From the NCBI GenBank assembly GCA_964477695.1, contig CAYZFN010000224.1, positions 1-58,855 of the forward strand: a stretch of 58,855 nucleotides of DNA, given 5' to 3'. Shown here piece by piece: positions 28,772 through 38,763 of the stretch. Both the position numbers and the translations under genes were made by a program. This stretch comes from an uncultured Enterobacteriaceae bacterium. Lineage in GTDB: Bacteria; Pseudomonadota; Gammaproteobacteria; Burkholderiales; SG8-39. The stretch's first letter is position 1, and every line of letters starts with the position of its first letter. Below the pieces are notes generated by a model. The model was not told the origin of the DNA and searched no databases. It was given only the letters and a program-made list of their open reading frames with translations.

Positions 28772-29059
28772 GTGAGCAGTAATGAAAGCCTTCGCCTATT
28801 GGACTCGCTCGTTGCGCTCGTTGGGCGCTCGAAACTCGCTACGCGGCTCAACGTGCCGCACGCCATTCTGGATGACTGGATCAGCGGGCAAAGCACGATG
28901 CCCGAGGGAAAAGTCGAAATCCTCATCGGCCTCGCTGACCAAACCGGCGGACTCAGAGGCCAAGATGGCGCCGTTGAGCGCCACATCCAGTTTGCGAGGT
29001 TCAACCCAGCCGACAATCCACGGCAGGCACATCGACGAAGAGCGAGCCAAGTGGAATGA
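28772..29059 (+). CDS. Small Cro-like HTH protein
   Basis: G-x3-LA-x2-L-x-V-x4-L-x2-W-x2-G-x4-P pattern (GRSKLATRLNVPHAILDDWISGQSTMP). GTG start is uncertain. Confidence 0.5.
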   Translation: MSSNESLRLLDSLVALVGRSKLATRLNVPHAILDDWISGQSTMPEGKVEILIGLADQTGGLRGQDGAVERHIQFARFNPADNPRQAHRRRASQVE

Positions 29060-29063
29060 GTAA

Positions 29064-29426
29064 TTACCGATTAGCCAACCGCCGCAGTGTCGCTTGAAGT
29101 TCCGCCAAGCTTGAGGGCTTAATGAGGTGGGCAGAGATGCCGGCTTCGCGGCTACGATCCCGAGCTTCTTTCGAACCATATCCGCTGAGCGCGATTATCG
29201 GTACGCCCTCGAGCGCGGATGCCGCGCGCAACTGCTTTGCCAGCTCGTAGCCGTCAAGCGCCGGCATGCCAATATCGATGATGATGGCTTCCGGCCGAAA
29301 GGCAATTGCCGGGGCCAGCGCGGTTTGCGGTTCGTGAGTGCAATGAAGCGCGTGGCCCGCGGCTTCTAGCAGGCGGCACAGCGTATAGAGGGCATGAACG
29401 TTGTCGTCCACAACAAGGATGCGCAT
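29064..29426 (-). CDS. Single-domain response regulator (REC)
   Basis: RILVVDDN, IIIDIGMPALDGYELA, ALSGYG, HLIKP. Confidence 0.85.
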   Translation of the reverse strand: MRILVVDDNVHALYTLCRLLEAAGHALHCTHEPQTALAPAIAFRPEAIIIDIGMPALDGYELAKQLRAASALEGVPIIALSGYGSKEARDRSREAGISAHLIKPSSLAELQATLRRLANR

Positions 29427-29833
29427 GTACCCGTGCCCAAGCGAAACCTCAGAGCATAGCAACCGGTCCGGCGGTCATCTGTCCGGCTAGCCCGCGTTCG
29501 TCTGTCAGGGATGCCCGTTTCTCGCATAGGCATGCGCGTTGCTGCCATTCGGTAACGCTGCGCCAGGGCGCGCCAAGCCAGCGAGTCTCCCGATGGATAC
29601 CCGTCAGCTTTCCCCGTCCCAGCGCGGCGCCAGGTTCAAAGAAAAGGCCCCGAAGCTTTCTTAGGGAAGAAAGCCATGACCGGGGCCAGACGCAGCGCAA
29701 TCGGGAGGGCGCGCCGCGTGGTCAGCAGACTGCGCCGGTTGCCCAGCGCCGTCCATGGGGCGCTCGCCCCAGTTAAACCCTAGAGCGTTCGGCACGGCCG
29801 TTGCTGTAAGCCTCGTGAAAGGACCTACCAGCT

Positions 29834-30010
29834 ATGGCCGATGATCTCAGCAAGCGCGGCAGCCGCGACCGCGACCGCATCAACGTCAACGAGGATTGGG
29901 AAGTACGCGATTGGGCGCAGAAGTTCAACGTTAGCGAGGACGAGCTGCGCCAGGCCGTCGCGAGGGTCGGAGACCGGGCAGACGCCGTACAAAAGCATCT
30001 AGGCAAGTAA
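29834..30010 (+). CDS. DUF3606-family small protein (58 aa, missed by ORF track)
   Basis: MADDLSKRGSRDRDRINVNEDWEVRDWAQKFNVSEDELRQAVARVGDRADAVQKHLGK. Confidence 0.85.
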   Translation: MADDLSKRGSRDRDRINVNEDWEVRDWAQKFNVSEDELRQAVARVGDRADAVQKHLGK

Positions 30011-30085
30011 GCGGAAATAACGCGGTTACATCGAACGAATGCTCGGCATGCAATGTGAATGACGGCGGCCTTAAAGGCCATGCGA

Positions 30086-32016
<1,931 letters not shown>

Positions 32017-32335
32017 TGACGGCTCCTTTAGTGGCTGGGGCGCGTCGTTGCCACGGAGCGCCAGTACGGGCGTATTTTTATTGAAGCGCGGTGGGTGCCG
32101 GGCAGATCGATGTCCAGCAGGATCGCTTCCCTCGCCATAGAGGCGAGCTTCGCACGACCCGACTCACGGCACCGTGCGCTGGAGCGCATAGCGGGTGCCT
32201 GCGTTACCTCGGCTATGACCTTCAGTCACAATAGCGAGATAGAGGGTAGCGCATTCGCCCCGCTAATACTGGCGGCCTAAACGGGAGCGGCTTCAATCTG
32301 CTGATTCGCAATCACCTGCTTGGCGGCGCTTCGGA

Positions 32336-32576
32336 TTAGACCGGTTCGCGTATGGAGCGACGCGGTAGGTCAATAGTGAAGACGCAGCCCGTACCGGGGA
32401 CGTCGCGAACGCGGAGAACACCGTTACTCGCCTCGACGCCACTGCGGGAGATCGAAAGGCCCAGGCCGAGTCCGGATTTATCGTGCGCGAGCTCCGCGTC
32501 GCTTGCTTTCGGGGCTCGCCTTTGAGCGACCTTCAGCCTGCATCGGTCGATAAGGTCGGCTCTATTGGCAGTAATG
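32336..32576 (-). pseudogene. Internally deleted histidine kinase remnant (N-terminus joined to G2 box/C-terminus)
   Basis: ITANRADLIDRCRLKVAQRRAPKASDAELAH runs directly into DKSGLGLGLSISRSGVEASNGVLRVRDVPGTGCVFTIDLPR; no H-, N- or G1-box and no clear start. Confidence 0.7.
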
Positions 32577-32762
32577 CAGCGACGAAACCTCCCGAGAACC
32601 GCGCATCCTGATCGGCGCATTGCTGAAGGTGGCCGTGCCGAAGTTAGGCCGCAGCTTGCTTCGCTGCGCCGCTCTGCTTCTTGCGTTGCTTCGCTTGCTG
32701 GCGCAGGCGTTTGCCGATCTTCTGGTAGCGCATCCGGTTGTCGCGATTGCGCGAGGTATTTC

Positions 32763-33329
32763 TCACGAGGTCTCTCCGCGGCGCGCGTAGGCGATCGCGT
32801 CGGCCAGCCGGTCGTAGCGGTATTCACCCCAGGAGAAGACGCCGTCGGCATAGGTGATGCCAAGCGTGCGCATGTGCTCGCGCTCGACAGCGCTCGGGCG
32901 AGGCACGCGCTCGAGCGGCGCGGCGTCGTCCGCGCCCGGGTCGGCAAAGGCGCGCGAGCGGTCGAGTTCGGCGTAGTTCACTGCGTCGGCGAGGTGGTCG
33001 TAGCGGAAGCCGCGGTAGCTATACCTGCGGCCATTGAAGGTGATGCCCGGCGCCGCCTGGCCAGCGCTCGCGTCGGGCGAAGCAGCGGGCGATGCAATGT
33101 AGACGCTCCCGGCTTCGGCCGCCGCTGGAAAGCGCCGGGTCCGTTCGAGCGCTTCGAGCTGCATAGCGAGCGCTTCAACCATGGAGTACGCCGCGAGGTA
33201 GTTCTCCTGGTTGCGCGCAGCGCGCCAGGTATCGCGCCCGGACTCGGCGATGGCGAGGCGCGCCTTGAGCTCGGCGATCTGGGCATCGACGGTTATGGCG
33301 CGAGGGCCGTTCATGTCTTTCGTTGTCAT
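32763..33329 (-). CDS. Hypothetical protein with two internal repeats of about 26 aa
   Basis: GITFNGRRYSYRGFRYDHLADAVNYA and GITYADGVFSWGEYRYDRLADAIAYA. Confidence 0.7.
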   Translation of the reverse strand: MTTKDMNGPRAITVDAQIAELKARLAIAESGRDTWRAARNQENYLAAYSMVEALAMQLEALERTRRFPAAAEAGSVYIASPAASPDASAGQAAPGITFNGRRYSYRGFRYDHLADAVNYAELDRSRAFADPGADDAAPLERVPRPSAVEREHMRTLGITYADGVFSWGEYRYDRLADAIAYARRGETS

Positions 33330-33348
33330 CGGCGGGCGCGCGGCAGAG

Positions 33349-33498
33349 TCAGTCGTTCTGGACGTTAGGAAACACGAACCCGAACGTGACGATGCAGGTG
33401 AGGAGCTTCGCCAAAAAGATGAATTTCTGCGCGCGGCTCATTTCGTCGAACTTTTTGCCTCCTGAGACCTCGAGCGGCTTCTGGAATTCGCTTGGCAT
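33349..33498 (-). CDS. Small membrane protein (49 aa)
   Basis: MPSEFQKPLEVSGGKKFDEMSRAQKFIFLAKLLTCIVTFGFVFPNVQND; the paralog at 37184 shows mainly synonymous changes in this frame. Confidence 0.65.
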   Translation of the reverse strand: MPSEFQKPLEVSGGKKFDEMSRAQKFIFLAKLLTCIVTFGFVFPNVQND

Positions 33499-33787
33499 CG
33501 TGAGGCTAGATGGTGTTGAGCGCGGCGTCGAGCTCGCCCTCGCTGGCCGCTTCCAGGCGCTGCTGCTCGCGCATCGCGCACCCATAGATACCGCGGCCGA
33601 CTTGGTTCCTCGACGAGTTCCACCACTTAGGGTCTGCGCGCTTGCGTTCCTCGAAGAAGCTCAGGCTGTAGCGCGCATCGAGGATCCTGTGACTCTCGCG
33701 TGTGCGTTGCGAAACCGATCTTCCCCAGGATGAGAGGCTGACGACTGACATGCTCATTGCACAGTGGCCCCTTGGAGATGCGCCGTC

Positions 33788-33803
33788 TGTACGAGAACGA
33801 ACA
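33788..33803. promoter_or_regulatory. Candidate operator palindrome TGTnCG-N4-CGnACA
   Basis: TGTACG-AGAA-CGAACA, about 37 nt upstream of ATG 33840. Confidence 0.5.
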
Positions 33804-33839
33804 TACACCCCGCGCCGCCGGGCGCACGATGTAGCCGCG

Positions 33840-34103
33840 ATGCTGACGAAAAGCAAATCGACGCTGCAGGCGCCCGCCGAAGCTGCGCTGGAAGGCGAAG
33901 TCGCGGCACTGGGCGCCTGGCTCATGGCGCAGGGGCTCGACGTGCGGCGCGAGAATGCGCACGAGGATGCAGGCAGCCGCGACCGCCTCTATTGGCGCTA
34001 TGGCTACTTCGTCGGCCTGAACCGGGCGCTGGCGATGTTCGCCGCGGGCGCGCAGGCCACCCCGCAGGCCACCCCGCAGGCCACCCAAATGCCGCCGCGA
34101 TGA
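33840..34103 (+). CDS. Hypothetical small protein
   Basis: Preceded by the palindrome; SRDRLYWRYGYFVGL core; stop overlaps the next ATG. Confidence 0.55.
   Translation: MLTKSKSTLQAPAEAALEGEVAALGAWLMAQGLDVRRENAHEDAGSRDRLYWRYGYFVGLNRALAMFAAGAQATPQATPQATQMPPR
34051..34086 (+). repeat. 3 x 12-bp tandem repeat (CGCAGGCCACCC) encoding QATP repeats
   Basis: Read directly from the sequence. Confidence 0.9.
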
Positions 34104-34447
34104 GACTCCTGCTCCGTATGCTGCTTGTCGCCGCGCTGCTCGCAGCGAGCGGCTGCTTCTCGCACGCCAGCGCGCAGGCGAAGCGCGCGGTGGCGGGCGC
34201 GACCGGCGCTGTGCCCGAACGCGCAGCCATCGATCTAAGGCAGGGGATGTCGCTCGAGGAAGTGCAGCAGCTTCTCGGCAAGCCCTGGCGCACCGCGCTG
34301 TCGAGCGGCGGCTCCTCGGGTACGCTGCGCTGGATCTACATCTGGCCACGCTCCATGTCGCTGGCGGAGCGCAATCTCAACATCGACTTCGCCGCCAAGG
34401 CTCCCGAGCAGTGGAGCGTGAGCGGCTGGAGCTGGTCGACCTACTAG
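34100..34447 (+). CDS. Putative lipoprotein with SmpA/BamE-like motif
   Basis: Lipobox LAASGC; LRQGMSLEEVQQLLGKPW...WIY. Confidence 0.65.
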   Translation: MRLLLRMLLVAALLAASGCFSHASAQAKRAVAGATGAVPERAAIDLRQGMSLEEVQQLLGKPWRTALSSGGSSGTLRWIYIWPRSMSLAERNLNIDFAAKAPEQWSVSGWSWSTY

Positions 34448-34498
34448 ATCGTGAATTCCCGCTTGCGCGGGGACGACGATTCGCGGAGCGATGATTCG

Positions 34499-34678
34499 CT
34501 AGGCCAGCTTTGCGGCGCCGCCGCGCGCCGGCCGGCGGTCGTACTTTTGCTTCACCACCGCGTAGCACTCGCACACACGCTCCTCGAGGCGCCGGCGCTC
34601 GAGCACCGTGATCCTGCCGCGGCTGTATTCAATCAAGCCGTCGCTCTGCAGTTTACGAGCGGCTTCGGTGACACCCTC
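34499..34678 (-). pseudogene. 3' fragment of Crp/Fnr regulator (paralog of 37303-38034)
   Basis: EGVTEAARKLQSDGLIEYSRGRITVLERRRLEERVCECYAVVKQKYDR; 34537-34678 aligns without gaps to 37335-37476. Confidence 0.8.
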
Positions 34679-34810
34679 CCAGCCGGTGAGCAGGACGTCG
34701 CTGCCGCGCTTGGTGGACTTGAACGCGTTATGCAGCAGGTTGCCCAGGGCGACAAGCCAGCATCTCGCGGTCGCCTTCGACGGCCAGCCCGACGCCGGCC
34801 GCGCGAACCA
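34679..34810 (-). pseudogene. Histidine kinase N-box fragment joined in frame to the Crp fragment
   Basis: GLAVEGDREML, then a frameshift, then VALGNLLHNAFKSTKRGSDVLLTGW running into EGVTEAA; no start codon. Confidence 0.6.
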
Positions 34811-34843
34811 CCGGCCATCATGCGCACGTCGGCGAGGGAGTGA

Positions 34844-35029
34844 TCAGCGCCGGCGCACGCCGGCGAGGTAGCGTGCCCGCAGGTACATACTCGGCGGGAC
34901 AAGCTCGTGGCCGCGCAGCCAGCCCGACAGGACTTCGATGGACACGCCGAGCTTCGCGGCGAGCGGTGCTTCGCCCCCGCAGTCCTGCAGGCGCGCGAAA
35001 GGGTGAGCATTTGAGGCGACGCTTTGGGC
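34844..35029 (-). pseudogene. Cro-like HTH gene with frameshift in a G5 run
   Basis: MPKASPQMLTLSRACRTAG continues as GEAPLAAKLGVSIEVLSGWLRGHELVP only if one G is added at 34974-34978. Confidence 0.55.
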
Positions 35030-35066
35030 ATGGCGCGGCATCTTGGCCGGCGCGCCGGTCTCGTAC

Positions 35067-35082
35067 CGTGCGATAGCGTACA
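35067..35082. promoter_or_regulatory. Candidate operator palindrome (CGTGCG-ATAG-CGTACA)
   Basis: About 38 nt upstream of ATG 35029 on the minus strand. Confidence 0.45.
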
Positions 35083-35454
35083 TAAGGCCCGCATTGTGTG
35101 CGTGGTGCGATGGTTAAGAACACCAAGGAAGCTCGCGGCAGGCGCGCTTCCACGTCGAAATGCGAGGCGAGGAATACCGGGCAGTCTGCGGTAAGAAGGT
35201 CCGAGCGCCATCCTAGGCCGCACGGCGCATGCGCGCCGCGGTTCGTTGGCGCTGCCGGCGCTCACAATGGCCAATGGGTCCCTTCGTTCCGGCCAATGCC
35301 GGCGCACCGGTCGACCGCCCGCCCCTTGAGCTGCCGCCGTTTGTTTCCGACCTTGTGCTCTGGCGTCTCGACATCCGCTCGGTCTGGTCCCTGGATCACC
35401 GCCCTGGCGAGACACCGTTACAGCCCGCAACGCGACAACTTCTCGTGTTTGCCG

Positions 35455-35885
35455 ACCTGATGACGCTCCGGGATTTGCGCAAACGCGAAGACCTCCATCG
35501 CACAGACGTCGGTTTGCTCGTGGTGGTCGATGGCGACGCCTTCGAAAACGCTTGGGGCTCGTCCTGCCGGGGTTCGCTCGCCCGCTGGGCTTGGCGGCAA
35601 GTGTCCGCGCACGAAGCCTATTACGACGAAGCGCGCTGGGACGGGCCGGACGGTAATGGGGGTAATGTCGTGCGCATTCGCAGCAAAGCGCTGCTGCTCT
35701 GGCAGGAACCGCCAGTCTCGCGCCGTAGCTTCGCGTTGCACCAATGACAGCGCTCTGCGACTGGCGCGCCCGTCGATCAACTGTTTCGGCGATTGGACTT
35801 TCCGCTGTGCCTCTTCGCACAAAATCCGCACGTCGTCGCGTAGCTGCTTGGACGTTCTTATCGCGACGTCCGTCGGTCTCAGCAA
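35455..35885. repeat. Diverged inverted duplication, partner 38123-38420
   Basis: Reverse complement of 35720-35885 matches 38123-38300, and of 35455-35565 matches 38316-38420; copy A has about 150 extra nt in the middle. Confidence 0.85.
35460..35747 (+). CDS. Hypothetical small protein (MTLxxLRKREDL family), copy A
   Basis: MTLRDLRKREDLHRTDVGLLVVVDGDAFENAWG...; inverted paralog at 38265-38414. Confidence 0.5.
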   Translation: MTLRDLRKREDLHRTDVGLLVVVDGDAFENAWGSSCRGSLARWAWRQVSAHEAYYDEARWDGPDGNGGNVVRIRSKALLLWQEPPVSRRSFALHQ

Positions 35886-36044
35886 GCGCGCCAGCGCACC
35901 GACGCCGGTAAGCGCGCCAGCGCACAGAGGCGCGCCGCGGCGGGGCGTAGCGTGCGCTCTCATATGCAGGCGATCGATTGCTACTACGGCGAGGGCGGCA
36001 ATACGCAGACGCGCATTGCCCGGCGCGCGCGCGCCACATAGCCG

Positions 36045-36275
36045 ATGGACTGGGAGCGCATTCAAGCCGACTGGCGGCACTTCAAGGTGCTCGCGCGGCT
36101 GCGCTGGGCGAAGATCAGCGCGGCGCAATTCGACCTGATTGGCGGCCGGCGCGACGTGCTCGTCGGCCAGCTCCACGAGGTGTACGGCATCTCGGCCGGG
36201 ATGGCGCAGATGCAGGTCGAGTCGTGGCAGGGGCAGCAGCGCGAGCCGCAGGCCGGCAGCCCGCGAGCGCCTTAG
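36045..36275 (+). CDS. CsbD/YjbJ-like stress protein
   Basis: MDWERIQADWRHFK...RWAKIS...GRRDVLVGQLHEVYG. Confidence 0.8.
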   Translation: MDWERIQADWRHFKVLARLRWAKISAAQFDLIGGRRDVLVGQLHEVYGISAGMAQMQVESWQGQQREPQAGSPRAP

Positions 36276-36282
36276 CGTAGCA

Positions 36283-36483
36283 ATGGACTGGGCGAGCATC
36301 CAGCGCGACTGGGACGCGTATCAGACGAACGCCGGAGGGCGCTGGGGCCGGCTCACGCGCAAGGATCTCGTGCGCATCGCCGGCAACCGCGAGCGGCTGC
36401 TCGCCAAGCTGCGCGAGCGCTACGGCTTCGACGAGGCGCAGGCGCTGCAGCAGCTCGCGAGATGGCAGACCGCCCTGCATTGA
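36283..36483 (+). CDS. CsbD/YjbJ-like stress protein (second, tandem)
   Basis: MDWASIQRDW...RWGRLTRKDLVRIAGNRERLLAKLRERYG. Confidence 0.8.
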   Translation: MDWASIQRDWDAYQTNAGGRWGRLTRKDLVRIAGNRERLLAKLRERYGFDEAQALQQLARWQTALH

Positions 36484-36529
36484 CAACGCGCTAAGCGCTG
36501 CAGCACACCCACGGCGCCCGCCGCGGCGC

Positions 36530-36983
36530 CTACCCTGCAGGTCTCTCGAGGCAGCCGATCTCGCCGGCCGCATCCCGCAGGCGTACGGCCTCTGCAGGGA
36601 CGAGGCGGAGAAGCAGCTTTCCGCCTGGCAGGAGACGCAGCGAGGTCCTAGCGCCGCGCAGTAGCGGCGCGCATGAATGGCCGGCCGGTACGCCGGCCGC
36701 CGGCATCTCGGCGAGGAGCTGCGCATCGCTCGCGAGCACAAGGCGCTGCTTCTCGCGCATCGCCTCGCCGTGCCATGTCGCTGCGCGGCGAATCCCAGTA
36801 CGCGGCGTTGGTACGCCGCACGTGCTCGTAGGCAGCCACGCTGAAGCGCGCCTCGAGGATGGCGCCAATGGCGCGCCGGCGCTCGCGCAGGTCAGGTTGC
36901 GGTTCATCGACCACCTTAGCGCCTGCGGCCGCCGCGTGCCGCCGGCCGGCGAAATAAAATAAAGGGGCGCGCGCCGCGCTCAT
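36530..36983 (-). pseudogene. Probable frameshifted hypothetical gene
   Basis: Protein-like segments switch frames (EARFSVAAYEHVRRTNAAYWDS, then HGEAMREKQRLVLASDAQLLAEM). Confidence 0.3.
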
Positions 36984-37183
36984 CAGCCTCTGGTGGGTGA
37001 CGCTAATTCGCCGACTTGCCGTTCTCCTTCTCGCCGCAAGCCTCTCCGCGGGCGCTTGCGCAGCACTCGATACCGATCGACGACAAGACGATCGCGGATG
37101 CGCGGAGTGAGCGCGGTCTAGAACAGAATCCGCGTCGCCACCGCCCGCCGCGCGCGTAGCGCACCGACGCCTGCTGAAACCAG

Positions 37184-37300
37184 TCAGTCGTTCTGGACGT
37201 TGGGAAACACGAAGCCGAACGTGGCGATGCAGAGAGCAGCTTCGCCACGAAGAGAGCAGCTGGAGCAGTTCGTGGGTTCCCGCTCCCGCGGGAACTGCTT
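37184..37300 (-). pseudogene. Frameshifted copy of the 49-aa membrane protein gene
   Basis: 37182-37253 matches 33347-33419, with a 1-nt deletion beside a 10-bp direct repeat (AGAGAGCAGC at 37231 and 37251). Confidence 0.75.
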
Positions 37301-37302
37301 TC

Positions 37303-38034
37303 CTAGCTGACCCTTGCGGGCGCGGGCAGGAGTCGGTCGTACTCCTTCTTCACTACCGCATAGCACTCGCACACGCGCTTCTCGAGCCGCTTTCTGTCGA
37401 GCACCGTGATCTTGCCGCGGCTGTAGCTGATGAGGCCGTCCGCCTGCAGCTTGCCGGCGGCCTCGGTGACGCCCTCGCGACGTACGCCGAGCATATTTGC
37501 GATCAGCTCCTGCGTCATCACCAGCTCGTTGGCGGGCAGCCGGTCGAGGCTCAGCAGCAGCCAGCGGCATAGCTGCTGGTCAACCGAATGGTGGCGGTTG
37601 CACACCGCGGTCTGCGCCATCTGCGTGATCAGCGCCTGGGTGTAGCGAAGGAGGAGGCTCTGCAGCGCGCCGCCACGCTCGAACTCGCGCTTCAGCACCG
37701 AGGCGCGCAGGCGGTAGCCTTCGCCTGCGCTCTGCACCACGGCGCGGCTCGGCGTGGTCTCGCCGCCCATGAAGAGCGAGATCCCCACCAAGCCCTCCCT
37801 GCCGGTGACGGCAATCTCCGCCGAGCCGCCGTCCGCCAGCACGAAGAGAAGCGAAACGATGCTGGTCGTGGGGAAATACACATAGCCCTGCGTTGCGCCC
37901 GACTCGTACACCGACTGGCCGAGCGGCATCTGCACGCACTCGAGCGAGGCGGCGAGCTGCTCGTACTCCACAGACGGCATGGCCGCGAGCAGCCGGTTGT
38001 CCGTCGGTGGTGCGCTGACCGCGATCCTAGCCAT
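37303..38034 (-). CDS. Crp/Fnr-family transcriptional regulator (C-terminal CECY type)
   Basis: cNMP-binding region (YFPTTSIVSLL, EIAVTGREGLVG), QLCRWLL, MTQELIANMLGVRREGVTEAA HTH, CECY. Start MARIAV. Confidence 0.9.
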   Translation of the reverse strand: MARIAVSAPPTDNRLLAAMPSVEYEQLAASLECVQMPLGQSVYESGATQGYVYFPTTSIVSLLFVLADGGSAEIAVTGREGLVGISLFMGGETTPSRAVVQSAGEGYRLRASVLKREFERGGALQSLLLRYTQALITQMAQTAVCNRHHSVDQQLCRWLLLSLDRLPANELVMTQELIANMLGVRREGVTEAAGKLQADGLISYSRGKITVLDRKRLEKRVCECYAVVKKEYDRLLPAPARVS

Positions 38035-38056
38035 CGCGGCCCATCGTACTCCTCTT

Positions 38057-38072
38057 TGTGCGCTACCAGACA
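38057..38072. promoter_or_regulatory. Candidate autoregulatory palindrome (TGTGCG-CTAC-CAGACA)
   Basis: About 23 nt upstream of the Crp ATG, next to the GAGGAG ribosome-binding site. Confidence 0.45.
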
Positions 38073-38264
38073 CGAGCAGCAGCCGCTGCCGCGCAACAGG
38101 CAGAAGGATGAGAGCAGACGAATTGTTGACACCGGGCGGACGTCGCGGTGAAAACGTCCGAGCAGCTATGCGACGACATGCGGATGTTGTGCGAAGAGGC
38201 ACAGCGGAAGTCCAATCGTCGAAGCAGCTGATCTACGGGGCGCGCGAGCTGTGCGAGCAAACGC

Positions 38265-38414
38265 CTAGGCGTGTGGAAATGTCATCGGTACAACGCGAAG
38301 CTCGCGCGCGCACAGGCCCCATGCGTTTTCGAAGCGGTCGCCATCGACCACCACGAGCAAACTGACCTCCCTGCAACGCAAGTCTTCTCGTTTGCGCAAA
38401 TGCGCGAGCGTCAT
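38265..38414 (-). CDS. Small protein (MTLxxLRKREDL family), shorter copy B; may be a pseudogene
   Basis: MTLAHLRKREDLRCREVSLLVVVDGDRFENAWGLCARELRVVPMTFPHA. Confidence 0.4.
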   Translation of the reverse strand: MTLAHLRKREDLRCREVSLLVVVDGDRFENAWGLCARELRVVPMTFPHA

Positions 38415-38540
38415 CGGGGCGGCATCGGCGACACTACTGGGCGAAATGGGGATCCGCTAGCCGCGTTGTACCGTCAGTGCTTTACGAACTCCCGCGCTGG
38501 CCGATTGCTGGCCCTCTTGAGATGCGTCTGGGTAGGTTTC

Positions 38541-38614
38541 TGGAGGCGGGAGTCGGAATCGAACCGGCGTCCACGGCTTTGCAGGCCGCTGCATGACCAC
38601 TCTGCCATCCCGCC
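38541..38614 (-). tRNA. tRNA-Cys (GCA)
   Basis: GGCGGGATGGCAGAGTGGTCATGCAGCGGCCTGCAAAGCCGTGGACGCCGGTTCGATTCCGACTCCCGCCTCCA. Confidence 0.96.
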
Positions 38615-38630
38615 CGGGCATGCGGAGATG

Positions 38631-38663
38631 AAAAAAGGGAAGGCCTCGCACAGGACCTTCCCT
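38631..38663 (-). terminator. Intrinsic terminator-like hairpin between tRNA-Gly and tRNA-Cys
   Basis: AGGGAAGG...CCTTCCC stem followed by a T-run on the minus strand. Confidence 0.6.
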
Positions 38664-38670
38664 CGGAATC

Positions 38671-38746
38671 TGGAGCGGGAAACGAGTCTCGAACTCGCGA
38701 CCTCAACCTTGGCAAGGTTGCGCTCTACCAACTGAGCTATTCCCGC
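38671..38746 (-). tRNA. tRNA-Gly (GCC)
   Basis: GCGGGAATAGCTCAGTTGGTAGAGCGCAACCTTGCCAAGGTTGAGGTCGCGAGTTCGAGACTCGTTTCCCGCTCCA. Confidence 0.97.
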
Positions 38747-38763
38747 AGGGCATGGCCATTATA

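Noticed and set aside
29655-29674. Hairpin GCTTTCTT-AGGG-AAGAAAGC as an ncRNA or riboswitch
   Set aside because: An isolated 8-bp stem with no recognisable family context.
36600-36680. Endonuclease III-like Fe-S motif (CAALGPRCVSCQAESC) in a minus-strand frame
   Set aside because: Spacing is C-x6-C-x2-C-x4-C rather than x5, there is no HhH-GPD region, and it lies in a probable frameshifted ORF; likely chance.
37151-37168. Additional copy of the TGTnCG-N4-CGnACA motif
   Set aside because: Only one half-site matches and it is not positioned near a clear start codon.
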